Source: a virus. From it: a stretch of DNA of 64,000 nucleotides. Each line of letters begins with the position of its first letter. The first letter of the stretch is position 1. Below the pieces are notes generated by a model. It was not told where the DNA came from and searched no databases. It saw only the letters and a program-made list of their open reading frames with translations. Shown here one piece after another: positions 28,057 to 37,950 of the stretch. Location: positions 3,188 through 67,187 of the IMG/VR virus record IMGVR_UViG_3300042370_000007. One strand, written 5' to 3'. A program made the translations under genes and the position numbers.

Positions 28057-28425
28057 TCAGGACAAATTGCGCGGCTTGTTCCGGCCAGCATTGCCGGTCT
28101 GTTCCGCCAGCGGCTTCGGCTCATCGTTCGCCGCGGCGCGGCCGGCAGCCAGACCGGTCTCGTAACCCTCCGCGCGCCCCTCCTCACGGCCGGCAGTCAG
28201 ACCTGCCTCGTAGCCTTCGGCGCGCGCGGTCTGGACTGCGGCCTCGTGGTCGGCAAGGGCTACGCCCTCGACCAGTTCGGCTTCGTCATCACCGAAGGGT
28301 GCCGGCGCCTGCACAGGTTCCGTGAAGAGCCGGTGAAGGGACGGGTTGAAGGAGTGTTTCTCGATCACGAGATAGTCGCCGTCGCGATCGGGATCGACGA
28401 TCTTGACGGTTTCGATCTTGGACAT
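28057..28425 (-). CDS. Hypothetical head-region protein with GxxxG repeats
   Basis: GGAGAG RBS; located after the capsid gene. Confidence 0.6.
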   Translation of the reverse strand: MSKIETVKIVDPDRDGDYLVIEKHSFNPSLHRLFTEPVQAPAPFGDDEAELVEGVALADHEAAVQTARAEGYEAGLTAGREEGRAEGYETGLAAGRAAANDEPKPLAEQTGNAGRNKPRNLS

Positions 28426-28502
28426 GCTGGGCTCTCCAGAGGTCAGTTCGGCGTCACGGGCGCCGCAAACGCGGCGCCCGCAGGGCTTTCAGGTACCGGT
28501 GA

Positions 28503-29642
28503 TCAGTTCCGGGCGCGCACCGCCAGGTTCGGATCGAGCGTCTTGACGCCCCAAAGGGCGTCGATACGCACATTGATCGAGGACGAGCCGCCCTCCCACC
28601 AGATCGAGGAGCGCAGCGACAGGTTGGTGATCGGATCGGACACGGTCGCGACCCGCGCACCCAGATCGGCAGCCCGATCCGACAGCGGCGCCATCGCCAG
28701 GGCGAAGGCATTGCTGTGGAAAGCCATCGCCTCGCTGTGGTCGTCGAGCGACACAGTGACGACAGCATTGTTCGGATAGTCCTGCACCAGCGGCGGGAAG
28801 ATCTGCACCGCCGAGAAGATGTTGCCCGCGGCGGTCGAGGTTGCGGTGACCACGTAGCGCTGGGTGTTGCCGGCGATGACGAAGCTGTCGCCCTTGACCA
28901 GCGTGCCGGTCACGGAACCCGCGTCAACGCCGATGATCGTGGCGCCCTTGGTGAAGTCCGCCGTGAGAGCCATGGTGCCGGTCGACGCGGTTCCCTTGGT
29001 GTGGGACTGCACGTTCTGGTTGGCGAAGAGCCAGAACCCGAAGCGCCGGCCGATCACCGCGTCCTGCTGGGCGGCCACCGCATCGGCACCGCCGCCGTTG
29101 AACTGGGTGAACGCAGGCTGGCCGAGCAGGTCCGCCTCCATGTCGCCGTCGAGCATGAAATGGAGCTTGGCGGCATCGGTCAGCGGCACCTTGTTGTCGA
29201 ACATGATCTTGCGGGCCGCGGTCAGATCGGCGATGCCCGCGGTCGCGCCGACGTCGATGTACCAGGGGATATCATCGGCCAGCTTGCAGAGATCCTGGTC
29301 GATGGCGTCCGCGATGGCGACCGCAGCCGGACGGATGTGGTCGTTGATGATGGCGTCGCCGGTGGCCGCGAGGTCCTTGTCGGTCAGGGCGAAACGCACG
29401 CCCTTCCACTGATCGACAACGATGTCGATCAGGTCGGGCTTGAGGTCCTGCGTATCGTTCGTCCCGACGTTCTGAGCCACGAAGGTGCCCGGGCGGCGGA
29501 TCTTGATGGTCGAGCCAAGCTGCGTCGGCTCCTTGTCGTAGCCGCGGTGCACGCGCGAGGCCATGCCGAGCACCTTCTCGAGCTGGATCAGCGACTCCTG
29601 CGCATACCAGAGCGGATCATAGGCATTGATGACGTTGGTCAT
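28503..29642 (-). CDS. Major capsid protein, P22 coat-protein family
   Basis: VHRGYD...GSTIKIRRP, IRPAAVAIADAID and RIDALWGVKTL motifs. Confidence 0.88.
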   Translation of the reverse strand: MTNVINAYDPLWYAQESLIQLEKVLGMASRVHRGYDKEPTQLGSTIKIRRPGTFVAQNVGTNDTQDLKPDLIDIVVDQWKGVRFALTDKDLAATGDAIINDHIRPAAVAIADAIDQDLCKLADDIPWYIDVGATAGIADLTAARKIMFDNKVPLTDAAKLHFMLDGDMEADLLGQPAFTQFNGGGADAVAAQQDAVIGRRFGFWLFANQNVQSHTKGTASTGTMALTADFTKGATIIGVDAGSVTGTLVKGDSFVIAGNTQRYVVTATSTAAGNIFSAVQIFPPLVQDYPNNAVVTVSLDDHSEAMAFHSNAFALAMAPLSDRAADLGARVATVSDPITNLSLRSSIWWEGGSSSINVRIDALWGVKTLDPNLAVRARN

Positions 29643-29660
29643 AGTTGAGGATCTCCCCGA

Positions 29661-31136
29661 TTAGTCGATGATGGTGACGGACTGGCCGGCCGCGGCGGCG
29701 GCTTCCCGGGCCTTCCGATAGGCCTGCGGGTCACGCGCCGCCTCACGCGTGATGGTGTAGCCCATGCCACCACCGTTGCTGGTCGCAACCTCGGTAGCGG
29801 CCGCCGCGGCGACGGCTGCGGCATTGGTGGTGATCCGCAGGGTCTCCATCGTCATACCCTGCGTGATCGCGGCCGTCGCCAGCTCGGGCATCTTGGCGAC
29901 CTGGCAGTGGGCGGTGACTTCCGCCGCCCAATCCTTGGTTTCCTTGACACCGGCCGCATGGCCTTCCTTCCGGCCCGCCTCGAAGCCTTCCTTGCGCCCG
30001 ACCTCGAGCCCTTCGAGCTTGCCGGCCGCATGGGCCTCGGCCCGCGCCGCTTCGATCGCCGCAGCGTGAACCTCGGCCGTGACGCCGGCATCGATCGACG
30101 CACCCGACTGGCCGGCGGTCGGCGCAGCCGGGTTGATGCCCGTGGCTTCGGTGTTGGTATCGGTCGCGGCAGCGCTGTTGTCCGCCGCAATCTCGTTCGC
30201 CATGTCGACCTCCAGGTTCGTGGCGTTGGTGGGAACCGCGGCGGACCGGCCGCGGGCAGTACTCGCGCGGCGCGGCATGGCGGCGGCGAGATCTCGAATA
30301 GCGTCGTCGATGGTGCCGATCTGGTCGGCAAGGCCGGCGGTGACCGCAGCCGCGCCCTGGTAGCAGGCAGCCTCGGTCGCGCGTGCGACAGCAGCGGTCA
30401 TGCGCTTCCCGCGGCCGAGGCCGACCGAATTGCAGAACAGCTCGTAGAGCCCGTCGATCGAGGACTGCTCGGCGGCGCGCGCCTCGTCGGACAGCGGTGC
30501 GTGCCCCCAATAGTCGATCTTGCGGGCACCGGCGTAGATTGGGGTGTACTGGACGCCGGCCTGGGCATCGGCACCGGACATATCCATGTGGATCCAGAGC
30601 ACGCCGATCGATCCCATGCCGGCGCTGGGAGGCAGATAGACCCGATCGGCAGAGGTGGCGATGGCGCAGCCGGCGGAATAGGCGTGCTCGTTGACGATGG
30701 CCCAGACCGGCTTATCTGCGCGGGTTGCGCGAATTTCCTCGCACAGGCTGAAGCAGCCGGCCGCCTCGCCGCCGAAGGAGTCGACGTCAAGCAGAATGGC
30801 GCCGACCGTTGCGTCGGCACGCGCTTCGCGCAGGGCAGCCGTGATCTCCTCATAGGAGATGAGGCCCGACATCGCATCCATATACGACGACCGGTGCACG
30901 GTAGAGCCGTGGATCGAAATGACCGCGATCGCAGGGTCTACTGCGGCAGGCTTCGCGCGCCTGCTCACGCCCTGGTCGTATTCGCCGACGTCGAGCGTAA
31001 CCGGTGGCATGCCCATTCGTTCGGCGACAAAATTGCCGATCACCTGGGCTTTGAGCGGGTGGATCAGCAGCGGCACATTGAACATGCGCTCGGCGACCCG
31101 GAAATAGGGGAACTGTTGGCGTGGCGCAGTCGACAT
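29661..31136 (-). CDS. S49 family prohead protease with fused scaffold (lambda gpC-like)
   Basis: LLDVDSFGGE, AYSAG..IA, GSIGV and AGARK motifs; long charged C-terminal scaffold. Confidence 0.9.
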   Translation of the reverse strand: MSTAPRQQFPYFRVAERMFNVPLLIHPLKAQVIGNFVAERMGMPPVTLDVGEYDQGVSRRAKPAAVDPAIAVISIHGSTVHRSSYMDAMSGLISYEEITAALREARADATVGAILLDVDSFGGEAAGCFSLCEEIRATRADKPVWAIVNEHAYSAGCAIATSADRVYLPPSAGMGSIGVLWIHMDMSGADAQAGVQYTPIYAGARKIDYWGHAPLSDEARAAEQSSIDGLYELFCNSVGLGRGKRMTAAVARATEAACYQGAAAVTAGLADQIGTIDDAIRDLAAAMPRRASTARGRSAAVPTNATNLEVDMANEIAADNSAAATDTNTEATGINPAAPTAGQSGASIDAGVTAEVHAAAIEAARAEAHAAGKLEGLEVGRKEGFEAGRKEGHAAGVKETKDWAAEVTAHCQVAKMPELATAAITQGMTMETLRITTNAAAVAAAAATEVATSNGGGMGYTITREAARDPQAYRKAREAAAAAGQSVTIID

Positions 31137-31164
31137 GCGCGGCCCTCCTGATGTTCTCGTGGGT

Positions 31165-32706
31165 TCAGCCGCCGAGGGCGGCGCTCTCGGCCTTCTGGAC
31201 GGCGCCGCTCTTCGCGGTGCGGCTGGCATCGCTGTCGAGGATCAGGTCGTAGGTATCGAAGGCCAGCTTGAAGTCCTCCGAGAGCTGGCGAAGCGTGTCC
31301 GCGGTCGTTTCGCCTTCCTGCTCGATCACGTCGGAAAGCGATTTCATGCCGGCGCGAACGGCCAAGATCTCGGCCATGCGATCCTTGATCGGATCAACCC
31401 AAGGCCATGGATCCGGCAGCCAGCGTGCCTTGCGGACCGCACGCTGGTCGTTGACGTAGCGGCTCGCACTCAGTGTCGGCAGGGCGCCCGCCAGTACGGC
31501 CGCCTCGAGCCAGCGCCAGTAGATCGGTCGGCACAGTTGGAAGATCAGCACGTGGTGCTGCAACTGCTCGATGCGGCGCCGGATCTCGAGGACGGCAGCG
31601 CGCATGCTGGTATAGGTCACGCCGGCATAGTCGCCGGTCAGATGCTCGTACAGGACGTCCAGCGCAGAGGCGATCGCGCGAAGGTTGACCTTCATGAAGG
31701 CCTCGAACTGCGCACCGATATCGGGCGGCGTGGCGAACTTCACATCCGCGCCCGGCGGCAACTCGGGGAATGTGCCGGGCTCGACGGTGGTGAACCCGAC
31801 CGTACTGTCCGCCGGCGCGCCGTCGGGTTTTGCAGCGCCGAGCGGAGGACCGTTGTCGCCGGACGCCGTCCAGGTAAAGAAGCCGGTGAAGCCGGCGCCG
31901 ATCGTCTGCTTCACCAGCACGTTGTCCGTGAACTTGTCGAGTTCCCACAGTGTCAGCAGCGACGTAGCGAGCTTGGGAATGCCGCGAATCTGGCCGGGAC
32001 GCAGAGGGTCGAAGATATGCAGGACTTCGGTCGCGGGGACGCGCACCAGATCGCCGAGCGCCTGGCCGGTACCGTAGTCGCCGGGGTGATTGCGGAACAT
32101 CCAGTAGGCGACACGCCGGCTCTGGATCACCCGGTCGAACTCGATCCCCATCCGCACGATATTGCCGTTGGGCAACACCTCGTTCTTCTCGAGCGGCACC
32201 TGTTCCGACTCGATCAACTGCAGTTGCAGCGGAACGGAAAGGCCGTCGCCGAGCCGGCGCGGCCGGAACCTGACGAAGATCTCTCCGGCCTCGAATAGCG
32301 CAGACGCGACGGTGCGCTGCATGCCATAGAGGTCCGACACGCCCTCTGCATCGGCCTCGTCGGTCCATTCCTCCCACAGCGCCTTGATCGCCTGCTGCAG
32401 CCCGGTGTCGCCCTCGACCATCGACGACAGGCTGATGCCGGTGCCGACGACGTTGCCGACCCAGCTCTGCTTCGCGGCGGAGGCGTAGAGCGACTTGCGG
32501 ACCGCATCGCGGCTGCGATCGCGCAAATCGCGCAAATCGGAGCGCACGATGCTGGCCATCGACGTGCCTCGCGGCGGTTGCCAGGTCGACAGGCGGCGAC
32601 CCGAGCCGGCGGCGTCGAAGGCGACCATCGAGGGCCCGCGCGGCGTTGGCACGAACTGTTTCAGCACCTCGCTGTTCGGCCCGTACAGGGTCCGGACGCG
32701 CGGCAT
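31165..32706 (-). CDS. Portal protein, lambda family
   Basis: LRDRSRDAVR, GIEFD...RRVAYW, GQIRGIP and YTSMRAA motifs; TGATG coupling to gpW. Confidence 0.93.
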   Translation of the reverse strand: MPRVRTLYGPNSEVLKQFVPTPRGPSMVAFDAAGSGRRLSTWQPPRGTSMASIVRSDLRDLRDRSRDAVRKSLYASAAKQSWVGNVVGTGISLSSMVEGDTGLQQAIKALWEEWTDEADAEGVSDLYGMQRTVASALFEAGEIFVRFRPRRLGDGLSVPLQLQLIESEQVPLEKNEVLPNGNIVRMGIEFDRVIQSRRVAYWMFRNHPGDYGTGQALGDLVRVPATEVLHIFDPLRPGQIRGIPKLATSLLTLWELDKFTDNVLVKQTIGAGFTGFFTWTASGDNGPPLGAAKPDGAPADSTVGFTTVEPGTFPELPPGADVKFATPPDIGAQFEAFMKVNLRAIASALDVLYEHLTGDYAGVTYTSMRAAVLEIRRRIEQLQHHVLIFQLCRPIYWRWLEAAVLAGALPTLSASRYVNDQRAVRKARWLPDPWPWVDPIKDRMAEILAVRAGMKSLSDVIEQEGETTADTLRQLSEDFKLAFDTYDLILDSDASRTAKSGAVQKAESAALGG

Positions 32707-32924
32707 CACCAAATGCCCTTGCACGTCGTGACGATGATGCGACGGATCGGCGCCGACGGGGCCGTCGCCTTGACGTCGGCCTCCATCATGGCCAACAGAT
32801 CGCGCGCCTGCGCCGGCGTCATGCGCTTCACGCGGCTGCCGTCCGCGTACTCGACCTCCTGGTCAATGCCTGCGGCCGCGATCGCGTCCTTCAGGGCGTC
32901 AACCTGAGCTTGGGTGAATGCCAT
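32706..32924 (-). CDS. gpW-like head-to-tail joining protein
   Basis: MAFTQAQVDALKDAIAA...VEYADG; lies between terL and portal. Confidence 0.8.
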   Translation of the reverse strand: MAFTQAQVDALKDAIAAAGIDQEVEYADGSRVKRMTPAQARDLLAMMEADVKATAPSAPIRRIIVTTCKGIW

Positions 32925-32926
32925 GG

Positions 32927-34912
32927 TCAGAGGCCTTTCGGTGCAGCGACACGGACAATCCGGCGGGCCGGCGACGGCGGCGCGGACGAGGGGGCCGGTG
33001 GCTCGTCGGTCGCGGCCGGTTCCGCAGGCGGACGCAAGGTCTGGACCTGCAGGAGGTTCGCGGCGGCGACCTGCATCATCTCGCAGTCGAGGTAGTGGTT
33101 CGGTCCGTGCCGCTTCCAATGCCCCCTGCCCGATGGCAGGGCGATGCGGCTCTCCGCAACGATCTGCTGGCAGTACTCCTCGGGCACATCTTCCGGCACA
33201 TGCCAGCCCCCCGGTTGATCGGCGGGCCAGCGCAGCCGGGCGTGAACCCAGGACTTGAAAACATCGGTATCAAGCTCGTGGCCGCGGATGCCGAAGATCT
33301 TCTTCTTGCCGTCGGTCCGGACCTCTGTCTGGAACGTGCCGATCGGCGACCCCTTCAGGTGGCTCTTGCCGCGGATCGGCCTGGCGCGCAGGAAGCCGAC
33401 GCGCCGACAGAAATCCGTAACAGCGTGGGTTGGCCGCACTTCCTTGTCGCCAGGCCTGTAACCGTAGTCGATCAGGCACAGGCTGATGCCGAGGCTGCCA
33501 TACTGGTCATCCAGGATCCGGGCCAGATCAGTCCAGACGCCATCCTGGTCGGTTTCGCCAAAAAGCTCGCCAGCCTTGACCAGCCAACTCTCCCACCGGG
33601 CGCCCCAGGCGCGGATGACGTAGATCAGCGAGCGCTTCTGCACGTCGACCGTCAACGCAAGGCGCTGCCCACCGAGAGGTACTTCACCCATCCGATAGGG
33701 ACGGCGGCGCGCTTGCACCGCGGTCGGTTTCGGCGCTTCACCGGCGATGCGGTAGAGTTCGCCGAAACCGGTGTTGATCACGCCCTGGATCTTGGCCGGC
33801 TTGCCGGAGCGGACGGCCCGGACGAACTTCGATGCGCGCTCGCCCCAACTGACGAAAGGCGACGCCAGGCCGGAGACCCAGAACGATGCAACGTCCGTAT
33901 CCGGCTCGCTGCCTTCAACCTCGCCCTTCTCGTTGACCCACTGTCCCGGCGCGAGGAACCGGCCGCGCGCATTCATCGCCGGCTTGTCGCTGTCCTCGAT
34001 CGTCAACCCGGCCGTATGGCAGTCGCAATCGGGGTTCGTGCAGACCATGTAGGCCGATCGGCGCGCTTGAGCCGGCGTCACCTTCGAGCCATCCGCGGGC
34101 TTCGACCAGCGCAACAGCGAATGTCTGGGCACGAAGTATGTGCCGCAGTGCGGGCACGGCCAGGCCCATTCGTAGCGGGTGCCTTCCTGCCACAAGGCCC
34201 AGGTCGGGCTGGTGACCTCCTCCGGCTCGGCCAGTTTCCAGTGGATCATCCCGGTAACGGGATGGGCCTCGGTTTCGACATTGCCTTCGAGCGGCGTCGA
34301 GATGGTGCCCAACTTTCCGTTGGCATAGCTGTTGAGGCGGGCGTCGCCCAGCGTGCCGGGGTCGCCCTCGCCCTGCAGGTCGCCCATCCGGTCGCGTTCG
34401 TCGAGCAGGACGAGCCCGGCAGGCTGGCCGGCCAGCTGCGAGGCCGAGCCGGCCCAGGCGAGGCGCAGCACCGCGCCGTTGATGATCTTGCGGACCTTCT
34501 TTTGCGCTTTGCCCCACAATGTCTTGCGGCGCAGCGACTTGCTCGACCTCAGCAGGCCCATGAACTGGGGCTCGAAGGTGTCCTCGACGAAGTTCCGGTC
34601 GGGACCGACGTACATGATCGGGACAGGATCGTCGTCGAGGCGGCGGCCGATCACCAGGCAGAACGTCAGCGTCTTGCCCATCTGCGAGCCCATGACGACG
34701 ACGATCTGCTTCCAGCGCGGATCGTCGAAGGCCCGCATGATCGGGATGTTGTATGGCGTGCGGCTCGGGTCGTACTCGCCCGGCTCCGAGGATGTGTCCG
34801 GCAGTTCTACCGACTTCGCCGCCCACTCATCGGTGGTGCGCTTCGGCGGTGGCCGGAGAATGCCCGACCACTGCCGCAGCAGCTCAATCGCCTTCGGGCT
34901 GATCGCTGTCAT
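32927..34912 (-). CDS. terL: Terminase large subunit (GpA family)
   Basis: Walker A GSQMGKT, LLDERD, STP, WPCPHCG, TVDVQ and NHYLDCE motifs. Confidence 0.95.
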   Translation of the reverse strand: MTAISPKAIELLRQWSGILRPPPKRTTDEWAAKSVELPDTSSEPGEYDPSRTPYNIPIMRAFDDPRWKQIVVVMGSQMGKTLTFCLVIGRRLDDDPVPIMYVGPDRNFVEDTFEPQFMGLLRSSKSLRRKTLWGKAQKKVRKIINGAVLRLAWAGSASQLAGQPAGLVLLDERDRMGDLQGEGDPGTLGDARLNSYANGKLGTISTPLEGNVETEAHPVTGMIHWKLAEPEEVTSPTWALWQEGTRYEWAWPCPHCGTYFVPRHSLLRWSKPADGSKVTPAQARRSAYMVCTNPDCDCHTAGLTIEDSDKPAMNARGRFLAPGQWVNEKGEVEGSEPDTDVASFWVSGLASPFVSWGERASKFVRAVRSGKPAKIQGVINTGFGELYRIAGEAPKPTAVQARRRPYRMGEVPLGGQRLALTVDVQKRSLIYVIRAWGARWESWLVKAGELFGETDQDGVWTDLARILDDQYGSLGISLCLIDYGYRPGDKEVRPTHAVTDFCRRVGFLRARPIRGKSHLKGSPIGTFQTEVRTDGKKKIFGIRGHELDTDVFKSWVHARLRWPADQPGGWHVPEDVPEEYCQQIVAESRIALPSGRGHWKRHGPNHYLDCEMMQVAAANLLQVQTLRPPAEPAATDEPPAPSSAPPSPARRIVRVAAPKGL

Positions 34913-35627
34913 CGTCGGGGGACGGTTCCTCACCCGCCTCCTGAATATCCCCCGCCACGGCAGCCGACAGCTTCTCGGCGAGCTTTTCCAGTGCCCGCCG
35001 CAATGTTTCCCGAATGATCAGCTCGCGCTCGGCGAGGTTCTTGCCTTCGAGCCGGCCGGCCAAGCGCCGACCTAGGCCGAGCAGGCCGTTCTTGAACATC
35101 AGAACCGCGGCGTTGGTCGCCGCGTCGACGTCGGCGCGCGGATAGTGCTCCTTATCGTGGAGCATCACCTCGCGGCGCTTCAGTTCGCCTGCCCAGAACT
35201 TGTCGATCCGGGTCGCCGTCGTCAGATCGGCGATCTGTAGCAGGTCCATCTTCGAGCCATCGGGGAAATGGACGATGACCCCGGAGGTCTGGAACCCGTC
35301 GGGCGACCAACCGGGCTCTTCGTTGCCCGGCGGCGGCCCGTCCGGTTGCTTGGGCGGCGGTGCCGGCTGCTTCGGGGGAGCGGGGTTGTCCGCCGAAGCA
35401 GCCTTCGCCTTGCCAACCTGCCGGTCGGTGACCTTCGACTTGGGCTTCGTGGGATCGAGGTTCTGCTGGCGCCACCAGTCGGCCTCGTCCGGATCGATCA
35501 TGCCGCCGTGTGACGGCATGCCTTTCGCCACGTAACGGGTGATCTGGGACCGATTGACCCCGATCTTCGCCGCATACTCGGCTTTGGAGATGAGTTTGGG
35601 CTTTTTGGAGCCGTTGCGCGGAGCCAT
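34884..35627 (-). CDS. terS: Terminase small subunit (Nu1-like, N-terminal winged HTH)
   Basis: SKAEYAAKIGVNRSQITRYV HTH; directly upstream of terL. Confidence 0.85.
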   Translation of the reverse strand: MAPRNGSKKPKLISKAEYAAKIGVNRSQITRYVAKGMPSHGGMIDPDEADWWRQQNLDPTKPKSKVTDRQVGKAKAASADNPAPPKQPAPPPKQPDGPPPGNEEPGWSPDGFQTSGVIVHFPDGSKMDLLQIADLTTATRIDKFWAGELKRREVMLHDKEHYPRADVDAATNAAVLMFKNGLLGLGRRLAGRLEGKNLAERELIIRETLRRALEKLAEKLSAAVAGDIQEAGEEPSPDDDSDQPEGD

Positions 35628-35629
35628 GT

Positions 35630-35875
35630 TGCGTTGCTCGCCTCCGACCTCCGCGCAACACCGAACAGGCGTCGCAACGCGCAATTTTTGCGAAAATTCA
35701 GAGACTTGACCGACAAACCTCGCGTGCCGCGAGCCGGACGCAACAAGGTGTTGCGTTGCACCGAAACCCGAAAAACGCGCGAAATCGAGGGCTGGGGCCA
35801 CCCGCGGGCGATGCCCCCTCGGGAGGACCCGCGACCCCGCCCCAGGCCCGGCCAGGCCCGGCCAGGCCCGCGCCG
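35630..35875 (-). other. Putative cos/packaging region
   Basis: GGGTCCTCCC...GGGGG...CGCGGGT signature upstream of terS, repeated GCAAC/GTTGC elements and 3x CCAGGCCCG(G) tandem repeat (35841-35870). Confidence 0.5.
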
Positions 35876-36102
35876 GGCGCTACGTGGCAGCAGGCGCGGT
35901 CGACGGCAGGCCACGGGGCGCGGGCGCCCTGGCAGACGGTGCCTGCAGGCGGCCCGCCTAAGCGGACTGGAAAGGAATAGAGATGGACCTGATCGAGCCG
36001 GGCCGGCTCGGAGCGCCGAGCTGGCGCAGACCTTGGTGCCTCTGAAAGAACTGCGCCCGGCGACCATCTCTGGCTGCCGGGCACACTTCTAAACCCACAA
36101 TG

Positions 36103-36131
36103 TTTATGCCAAACCCCCGCGCGGGTGTCAA
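36103..36131 (-). promoter_or_regulatory. pR'-like late promoter
   Basis: TTGACA-N17-CATAAA; the -35 overlaps the TGA of the Q-position gene; GC hairpin at 36055-36082 follows. Confidence 0.6.
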
Positions 36132-37111
36132 CCGGCTGATTTCGCGACGGACAGGACTTTCCGCCCATCGCGCCCCGCATGGGGGACCATCAAGAACTGC
36201 GGCTCAAGCGGACTGGCCGGCTTAGCAGTTGGCGCATCAACATCTGGACCCGATGAGATCCGTGCGGCGCGATCGATCGCGGGCTCAGGCGCCGCGACCA
36301 AACCGTAGTAGACGGCAAGGTTAAACAGGCCTGCCTTCAGTAGAGCCATCCCCTCGGTTTCCGCCTGCCGCCCTTTTCGCCCATTTTGCTCCGACCAGCT
36401 TTTGGCAGTTTGACCAAGGCAGACGACGTGAACCACCACGCCAGATAAGGCGGGGCCAACGGCCGACATTGCTCCAGCCAAGCTGGTGCGCGCAGCGACC
36501 ACTTCGAGGGCAGCATCACCATCTCCGGGGCCTGTTGGCTCAGCGTAGCTTGCGGTAACGCCGCGCACCATCTCGGCGCGGAAATAGTCAGCGCGCAGCA
36601 TGTCGCCCGCCCGCCACTGTGTCTCGTCGATGATCCCGCAAGCAAGGTAGTGATCGATTGCCGCTTGCGAGCGATAGCCGGTGAAGTTTTCTCGGACCTT
36701 GGTCGGCTCGGTCTCGTCCACGATATGGTGCTTCCCTTGATAGACATCGCCCTTGGCAAGCCGCTCCGGTGTTGGAGCGTTCGGGTCAAGGGGCGTATCT
36801 AAAGCCCCCGTCACCGAAGTTCCTGCCGCCAATCGCCTGTCAATCTCAGCGATTTGCCCGCTGATCCTGTCCCGCTCGTCCATCGCCTTCCTCAACTGGT
36901 GGCGAGCATTGCGTAGTCCTCGAACCTTCTCGCCCCTCTCGGCTCGATCGGTAAGGACCTTCACCTTTGCCCCGAGCTCGTTCGCCAGAGCGTTCAATTC
37001 CTCCCTGCGGGTGATCAGTTGGGCACCGATGACGGTAGACGCTGCTGTCGGCAGGTCGGCTACGACCTGTTTGCGCGAACCGCCGACCCTCTTGCTTGCT
37101 CTACTTCCCAT
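36128..37111 (-). CDS. DUF6456-like late transcription regulator (Q position)
   Basis: QWRAGDMLRADY...VVHVVCLG...LKAGLFNLAVYYGL motif; last gene before the cos region. Confidence 0.7.
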   Translation of the reverse strand: MGSRASKRVGGSRKQVVADLPTAASTVIGAQLITRREELNALANELGAKVKVLTDRAERGEKVRGLRNARHQLRKAMDERDRISGQIAEIDRRLAAGTSVTGALDTPLDPNAPTPERLAKGDVYQGKHHIVDETEPTKVRENFTGYRSQAAIDHYLACGIIDETQWRAGDMLRADYFRAEMVRGVTASYAEPTGPGDGDAALEVVAARTSLAGAMSAVGPALSGVVVHVVCLGQTAKSWSEQNGRKGRQAETEGMALLKAGLFNLAVYYGLVAAPEPAIDRAARISSGPDVDAPTAKPASPLEPQFLMVPHAGRDGRKVLSVAKSAG

Positions 37112-37346
37112 CGTCGGCCTGCACGATCACATAGCCGCGCCGGGCCAGCCCGGTGATCAGCGCCGACGCATCGCGACGCAGACCTTCCTCAAGCCCAGAC
37201 ATGCGCTCGAGGTCGACCTCCTCCCTGACGATTGCGAGCAGATCTGTCATGCCGTCGACCTCGGCCAGTGCTTCCACCACGACCGGAAGAGCCGGGTCCG
37301 TCTTCGGGGTCGATGCCATCTTCGTCGCCACCATCATCATGATCAC
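37101..37346 (-). CDS. Hypothetical protein
   Basis: Coupled ORF with protein-like composition. Confidence 0.5.
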   Translation of the reverse strand: MIMMMVATKMASTPKTDPALPVVVEALAEVDGMTDLLAIVREEVDLERMSGLEEGLRRDASALITGLARRGYVIVQADDGK

Positions 37347-37512
37347 CAGTCCCGGAACGGCTGGCCGTCTGTGGCAGCCGGATAGGCTTTGTCTTCCGCG
37401 CCGTCGCGGCGCGTTGCGACCTGCCGCTGCTCAGCGCCCGGCCTGCCTGTGGCAGGGCGATCAGCCTCATATTGATCCGAGGCGGCACTCACATCGGGAA
37501 CGGCCTTGACCA

Positions 37513-37950
37513 TCACGCAGCCCTCGCCGTCTTCGCCACCCGGAACGGCTTGCAGGGGATCGTGACGACGATCTTCAGGGCGCGTGGACTGCCGCGGCGC
37601 CGGGCATTGATCCACTGGCCGGGATAGTCGTAGGCCAGAGAGATCACCGCGCGGCCGGCATCGTGACCAGCCCGGCGGAGTGCATCCCGTGCCATGTCGA
37701 CGTGCCGCATGCCGATGGCGGGCGGAACGAACGGGAACAGACCAGTCATCCTCGAGGCGACGACGCAGCGCCCCATGCCGGGGACGCGACCGAAAACGGG
37801 CGCCGGCTCGTCGAAGGTGATCCTGGCCGGCAGCGAGAACGTGTCCGGCAACTTGAACAGCGCGGCGGCATGGGCGGAAGTCGGGGCGGTCATGGGCATC
37901 CTCCTGACTGGAGCGGGCGCCGCTGAGGCGCGGGTGATGGGGATCGTCAA
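37513..37950 (-). CDS. Hypothetical protein
   Basis: Coupled to the replication gene; protein-like sequence. Confidence 0.5.
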   Translation of the reverse strand: MTIPITRASAAPAPVRRMPMTAPTSAHAAALFKLPDTFSLPARITFDEPAPVFGRVPGMGRCVVASRMTGLFPFVPPAIGMRHVDMARDALRRAGHDAGRAVISLAYDYPGQWINARRRGSPRALKIVVTIPCKPFRVAKTARAA

